NCBI GenBank assembly: GCA_050257635.1
Contig: JBLMXG010000023.1
Location: 82,983 to 146,982, forward strand
Source of the DNA: Chloroflexota bacterium
GTDB taxonomy: Bacteria; Desulfobacterota; Binatia; UBA9968
Length of the DNA: 64,000 nucleotides
Reading direction: 5' to 3'
Shown here: piece after piece, positions 59,870 through 64,000 of the stretch
Layout of the letters: the number at the start of each line of letters is the position of its first letter
Position numbering within the stretch: position 1 is the first letter of the stretch
Notes under the pieces: generated by a model
What the model was told of the DNA's origin: nothing
Database searches by the model: none
Seen by the model: only the letters and a program-made list of their open reading frames with translations
Position numbers and translations under genes: made by a program

Positions 59870-62119
59870 CTACTGTTTGGAAAATTCGCGGAAACTGTTG
59901 GCGAAGGAGGTCGTCAGGGAGAAATCTTTGACCATCGCCTTGGCGAACCGCCAGGGCCGGATCTGCCACAGCTTCAGCCGGCGCAGATTGAGCAGAGTCT
60001 GCGACCAGACGCGCTGCAACTCCTGGCGCGAATAGACAACGCGGTTATTGATGGCGTCGAACTTGATCAGGCTGAGCTGGGCTCTTGACGGCAGGCTGCC
60101 GCGCAGCCTGGTATAGGCCTCTTGCCATTCTTGGATGCGGTCGCCCAGGCGAACGTTGGCCTGTATATGGTGGATCTCGTCCAGCAAGCGGCGCGCCGCT
60201 TCGTTTTCCTTCGGTCGGAGCTCCTGAATTTTTTCCTTCAGGTTGTCCCACTGCCGCAAAAAGCGGTTGAGGTCGTTGCGGTTGTAAACCACCCGCGATG
60301 AAAGATCTTCCAGCGGTTCGAGCAGGGCGCGCGCCCGCTCCGGCAGATTTTCCTTTGCGCTGTTATAGAGTCGTTGAATCTCGCCGATTCTTAATGCTTG
60401 CCAAATATCGGCCTGCAACTTTTGAATCTGTTCGAGCCAACGCTCCTCGCCCTCGCTTTTCTTACGGGTTTGCAGCCAGACCTCTTCCATCTCCTTGACG
60501 AACTGCGCCCAGGTGATCAGCAGCTTGGTGACTTCCTTGGTGCGCTTCCACAGATGCACCGGGATAGAATCGACGGTGTAGCCGGGCCGCCGCGCCTTGC
60601 GGTCTTTGAGCCGGAAGAATCCCGCCACCATCGGATGCTGTTTTTCGATCAAGGCGGCGTTCTTGTACCAGAAGAAGATCGACATCAAGTTCCAATAATT
60701 CTTCGGCCGTTCCGCCCAGCGAGAAAGATTCCGAATCATGTTTTCCTTGCTGTAGAACGATTTCCAGGCGTTCTCGTAAGCCTCGGTCCATTCATCGGCG
60801 CTCATCAGCGGATGCTTGATCGTCGCGTGGAAGGAGTCGCGCTTGTTGAAATCCGGATCCATCCAATCGCCGCGCTTTTTCATCTCGCGGTGATCGTGGG
60901 AGCCGGGCAGCGGAGTCAGCATGAAAAAAGATGCCTGGTCGGGACCGACTTCTTCCATCAAAAAACGCACATCGGCAGCGACCTGCTCTTTGGAATCCCA
61001 GGGCAGGCCGATGATATACCCGGTGTGCACCAGCACGCCGGCGTCGTGCCATTCCTTGATGATGCTGCGGTACTCTTCGACTTTGTTCTGCTTCTTGCCT
61101 TCGGCTTCGAGGTTTTGCGGGTTGACGCTCTCCATGCCAATGAAGACCTGGGTGCAGCCGGCGCGGGCGGCAAGGGGGACAAATTCTTTGGGTTTCTTTG
61201 CCAAATCGACCTGCATCATGAAGGAAACGTCGAGACCTTCTTCGCGCAGCTTGATGATCTCTTCGAAAGTTTCGCGCCAAAGTTTCTTGCGCGCGAAATT
61301 GTCGTCGGTGAAAAAGTAAAAAGACAGGCCGTGATCGAGATAGTTCCGGCGCATCATCGCGGCAATGCTCTGCGGGCTGCGCTCGCGCATTTTCCGTCCC
61401 TGTACGTTGATGATCGTACAGAAGCTGCACGCAAACGGACAGCCGCGGGAGGTATCGGCGGTGGCGAAGCTCGGGTAGGCGAAATGCTTCATCGTTTTGG
61501 CGCTGGCTTTCGGAAGCGGCGCTTCTTCGATATCGACCAGGTTTTGCAAATCCTGGGCAAAGCTATAAAGAGACTTCAGTCGGCCGTGCAGATAGTCCGA
61601 CAAGATGCCTTCCCACTTGCCCTCGACCTCCCCGGAGACCATGCAGATGCCTTCCCGGTAGAGTTCCTGAATGTCCGGTTCCTGGTCGCCGAGCATGTTG
61701 ATCGTGCCGCTGGTGTGAAAGCCGCCCATGATCACCGTGATGCCTGCGGCCTTGAAGATGCGCGCCATGTCCAGCGCACGGGGAAATTGGTTGGTCTGGA
61801 CGCCAACCAGACAAACAAGCAGCTTGGTGCCGGGCGCTTTGCTCCAGCGAATGATCCGCTTGAGCGGTACCTTCTCGGCGGTTTCATCGAAGGTGGTAAC
61901 TTCGATCGGCAGCGCGCCGAACACTCCCCGCGCCTTGATGTCTTCGGTGAGGCCGTGCAGGACGTTGAGTGTGTTACTCGGCAGGACGCCTTTCCAGAAG
62001 CGAATCACGTAACCGTCATCGTCGTACTTCGACGGCTTGATCAAGACGATGTGAAAATTATTGATTTGATCGAGCATGGGATCCGTCACCTCCCCAGTGC
62101 TTGTAAGTTCGCGCGGCAT
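59870..62119 (-). CDS. B12-binding domain-containing radical SAM protein with long repeat-containing C-terminal extension (749 aa)
   Basis: N-terminal cobalamin-binding-like Rossmann region (LVCLVGVQTNQF...VIMGGFH). Radical SAM cluster motif TSRGCPFACSFC. The C-terminal ~200 aa are helical with two ~75-aa internal repeats. The start could be ATG 62077. Confidence 0.88.
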   Translation of the reverse strand: MPRELTSTGEVTDPMLDQINNFHIVLIKPSKYDDDGYVIRFWKGVLPSNTLNVLHGLTEDIKARGVFGALPIEVTTFDETAEKVPLKRIIRWSKAPGTKLLVCLVGVQTNQFPRALDMARIFKAAGITVIMGGFHTSGTINMLGDQEPDIQELYREGICMVSGEVEGKWEGILSDYLHGRLKSLYSFAQDLQNLVDIEEAPLPKASAKTMKHFAYPSFATADTSRGCPFACSFCTIINVQGRKMRERSPQSIAAMMRRNYLDHGLSFYFFTDDNFARKKLWRETFEEIIKLREEGLDVSFMMQVDLAKKPKEFVPLAARAGCTQVFIGMESVNPQNLEAEGKKQNKVEEYRSIIKEWHDAGVLVHTGYIIGLPWDSKEQVAADVRFLMEEVGPDQASFFMLTPLPGSHDHREMKKRGDWMDPDFNKRDSFHATIKHPLMSADEWTEAYENAWKSFYSKENMIRNLSRWAERPKNYWNLMSIFFWYKNAALIEKQHPMVAGFFRLKDRKARRPGYTVDSIPVHLWKRTKEVTKLLITWAQFVKEMEEVWLQTRKKSEGEERWLEQIQKLQADIWQALRIGEIQRLYNSAKENLPERARALLEPLEDLSSRVVYNRNDLNRFLRQWDNLKEKIQELRPKENEAARRLLDEIHHIQANVRLGDRIQEWQEAYTRLRGSLPSRAQLSLIKFDAINNRVVYSRQELQRVWSQTLLNLRRLKLWQIRPWRFAKAMVKDFSLTTSFANSFREFSKQ

Positions 62120-62233
62120 TCTTTATAGATAATTCAAGACGCGGAAATTTCGCCAACTCTAACAACCCCCTACCTTCATGTCAAGTTAGATTTTCAATAA
62201 ATAGCGGATCTGTCAGCGGAATCTGCAGTTTCG

Positions 62234-62923
62234 ATGATTCAGTTTTTTCACGTCTCGAAAACCTATCCGCCGAACCATCGGGCGTTATCCGACATCACAC
62301 TAGAAATCGCCGCCGGCGAATTCATTTTCATCGGCGGCCCCAGCGGCGCCGGTAAATCGACCCTGCTCAAACTCTTGTTTCGTGAAGAAGAGCCGAGCGA
62401 AGGGCAGATCCTGCTCAACGGAAAAAATATCACGCGGCTTAAAAGCCACGGTGTCGCCCAGCTGCGTCGAAAGCTCGGTTTGGTTTTTCAAGAGTTCAAG
62501 CTGCTGCGGAACCTGACGGCGCTGGAAAATGTCGCGCTGGCTGCGGAAATTGTCGGACTGTCCAAACGCGAGAGCCGAACTCGGGCTTACCAGGCGCTGC
62601 GCGACGTGGGCTTGAAAGAACGTTATGATGCCAAGCCGTTGGCGTTGTCGGCCGGCGAACAGCAGCGGGTTGCCATCGCGCGGGCGCTGATCAACGATCC
62701 GCTGTTGATTTTGGCCGATGAGCCGACAGGTAATCTCGATGCGGAAGTGGCCGATGGGATCATGCGCCTTTTCCTCAAGATGCGCGACGGCGGTGCTACG
62801 ATCGTCGTCGCTTCCCACGACCTGAACATGATAAACCGCTACGGCACGCGCGTGCTTTCCTTGTATCGCGGCGCTTTGGTCGATGACCTCAGCCGTCGTC
62901 TGCCTGAGAGGCAGAGCGGATGA
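62234..62923 (+). CDS. ftsE: cell division ATP-binding protein FtsE
   Basis: [11 protein letters not shown], Walker [10 protein letters not shown], signature [14 protein letters not shown], and Walker [13 protein letters not shown]. Confidence 0.95.
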   Translation: MIQFFHVSKTYPPNHRALSDITLEIAAGEFIFIGGPSGAGKSTLLKLLFREEEPSEGQILLNGKNITRLKSHGVAQLRRKLGLVFQEFKLLRNLTALENVALAAEIVGLSKRESRTRAYQALRDVGLKERYDAKPLALSAGEQQRVAIARALINDPLLILADEPTGNLDAEVADGIMRLFLKMRDGGATIVVASHDLNMINRYGTRVLSLYRGALVDDLSRRLPERQSG

Positions 62924-63843
62924 AGCTTTCTCTCATCGGCTTTGTGCTGCGCCGCGTGCGCAGCAATCTGCGCCAGCTGTTGTGGACCCACGCGCTCACC
63001 GCTGGGACCACGGCGATGACGCTATTCGTCTTCGGCGGATTCATGCTGCTCGAAATCAATTTGCAGCACCTGCTCAAAGGCTGGGGCGACCAGATTCAAA
63101 TCACGGTGTATTTGCACAACGGATTGGCCCCGGCCGATGTCCAGAGATTGGTGAAAAATGTCGCGGCGATGGCCGAGGTGGAGCGGGTGCGCCACGTCAG
63201 CCAAGAGCAGGCCTGGCGCGATTTTCAAGCGGCCTTGGGCGCACAGTCCGGCTTGTTGGAGGGATTGCCGCACGAGGTGTTGCCGGCCTCCCTCGAAATC
63301 TCGCTCAAGGCGGCGTATCGCGACGGCCCGCTGGTCGAAGGACTCGCGCGGCGCCTGAGAACAATGCCCGAGGTTGCCAGCGTCGAATATCCTCAGGAAT
63401 GGGTCGAGAGGCTTGCGCTGGCAGTCCTCGCGGTGGAATGGATCAAATGGATTTTGGGCGGCGTGCTGTTTTTAGCCACTTTTTTTATCGTGGGTAGCAC
63501 AGTCAAGCTGGCGATCCTGGGACGCAAGGATGAAGTCGAGATTATGCAACTGGTGGGCGCTTCGGAGAGCCTAATTCAAGCGCCCTTTGTCATCGAAGGC
63601 ATGGTTCAGGGAGTAGCCGGCGGCGCGCTTTCGCTCGCCGGATTGTGGGTCGCTTATTTATTTTTGCGCGGCCAAGTGCCAGCGCTGGGCGGTTTTTTGG
63701 CACCCCTTGGCGAATTGCAATTTTTGGACGTAGACAGCATGACACTTTTGCTCGTCATCGGCTGGCTGCTGGGCGCGGCCGGCAGCCTGATCTCGCTGCG
63801 GAGGTTTATCAGGACATGGAAGGTTTCCGGCGCGCAGGCCTGA
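62920..63843 (+). CDS. ftsX: cell division permease-like protein FtsX
   Basis: ATGA overlap with ftsE, four TM segments, and a periplasmic loop with a V(T)VYL motif. Confidence 0.92.
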   Translation: MKLSLIGFVLRRVRSNLRQLLWTHALTAGTTAMTLFVFGGFMLLEINLQHLLKGWGDQIQITVYLHNGLAPADVQRLVKNVAAMAEVERVRHVSQEQAWRDFQAALGAQSGLLEGLPHEVLPASLEISLKAAYRDGPLVEGLARRLRTMPEVASVEYPQEWVERLALAVLAVEWIKWILGGVLFLATFFIVGSTVKLAILGRKDEVEIMQLVGASESLIQAPFVIEGMVQGVAGGALSLAGLWVAYLFLRGQVPALGGFLAPLGELQFLDVDSMTLLLVIGWLLGAAGSLISLRRFIRTWKVSGAQA

Positions 63844-64000
63844 CCGCATTGCTCTTATGTCTCCTAGCGCCAGCGTTCCTGCCCGCGGCGGCGCTCAAAG
63901 GCGATCTCGACAACATCAAAAAAAAGATCGAGAGCGAGAAGAAAGATCTTTCGCGATTGAAGGACCAGGAGACCTCGGTTCTTCAATCTTTGGGTCAAAT
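63816..64000 (+). CDS. envC: EnvC-like murein hydrolase activator (M23 family), N-terminal fragment truncated by the window edge
   Basis: Hand translation: MEGFRRAGLTALLLCLLAPAFLPAAALKGDLDNIKKKIESEKKDLSRLKDQETSVLQSLGQ. This is a signal peptide followed by a coiled coil. Conserved position after ftsEX. Confidence 0.65.
   Translation, partial: MEGFRRAGLTALLLCLLAPAFLPAAALKGDLDNIKKKIESEKKDLSRLKDQETSVLQSLGQ

Noticed and set aside
60398-62128. A 576-aa plus-strand ORF, the third longest on that strand in this half of the window
   Set aside because: It lies exactly antisense to the radical SAM gene, which has clear motifs. Its translation is Arg/Gly/Leu/Pro/Ala-rich with no motifs. This is a typical shadow ORF of a GC-rich gene.
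59870-62233. The B12-radical SAM gene as the core of a RiPP cluster
   Set aside because: No short precursor-like ORF, RRE-domain protein, peptidase or exporter sits on either side. The flanks are a sirB1-like gene and ftsEX.

Overview
A 64-kb chromosomal segment, about 57% GC, from a Gram-negative bacterium (LptE, RlpA, LpxC, FtsEX-EnvC and TatC are all present). It is probably an uncultured soil or sediment lineage; that taxonomic guess is inference only. From 0 to 36.6 kb the window is a dense, mostly plus-strand housekeeping core. It contains acnA, yebC-ruvCAB, an NtrY-type kinase, queG, yceD-rpmF-plsX-fabD-fabG-acpP, rpiB-glyA, nrdR-ribD-ribE-ribBA-ribH-nusB, leuS-lptE, rpsT, tatC and a K+-independent H+-PPase. 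From 37 to 59 kb it is an accessory-looking metabolic region arranged around a tRNA-Leu(UAA) gene. That region holds two solute-binding/ABC modules, an AprAB-like flavoprotein/ferredoxin pair, creatininase-family, Gfo/Idh/MocA, cupin, FMN-dependent 2-hydroxyacid dehydrogenase, arylmalonate-decarboxylase-like, amidohydrolase_2 and ThDP enzymes, and a SET-domain protein. It also has several unusually long AT-richer non-coding gaps. The window ends with an orphan 749-aa B12-binding radical SAM gene and ftsE-ftsX-envC. I found no CRISPR array, rRNA, integrase, transposase or recognisable defence system. The strongest candidate for something undescribed is a receiver-domain::LpxC fusion encoded right after the NtrY-type kinase, which predicts phospho-control of the committed step of lipid A synthesis. 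Secondary candidates are a cytoplasmic HtrA-like PDZ protein with a destroyed catalytic triad, an AMDase-fold protein with Gly at both catalytic positions followed by a 44-codon micro-ORF, the 10.7-kb transport/redox island, and the repeat-tailed radical SAM enzyme. Coordinates I derived by hand (alternative starts, hairpins, promoters) may be off by 1-2 nt. All family assignments rest on motif recognition from memory, not on database searches.
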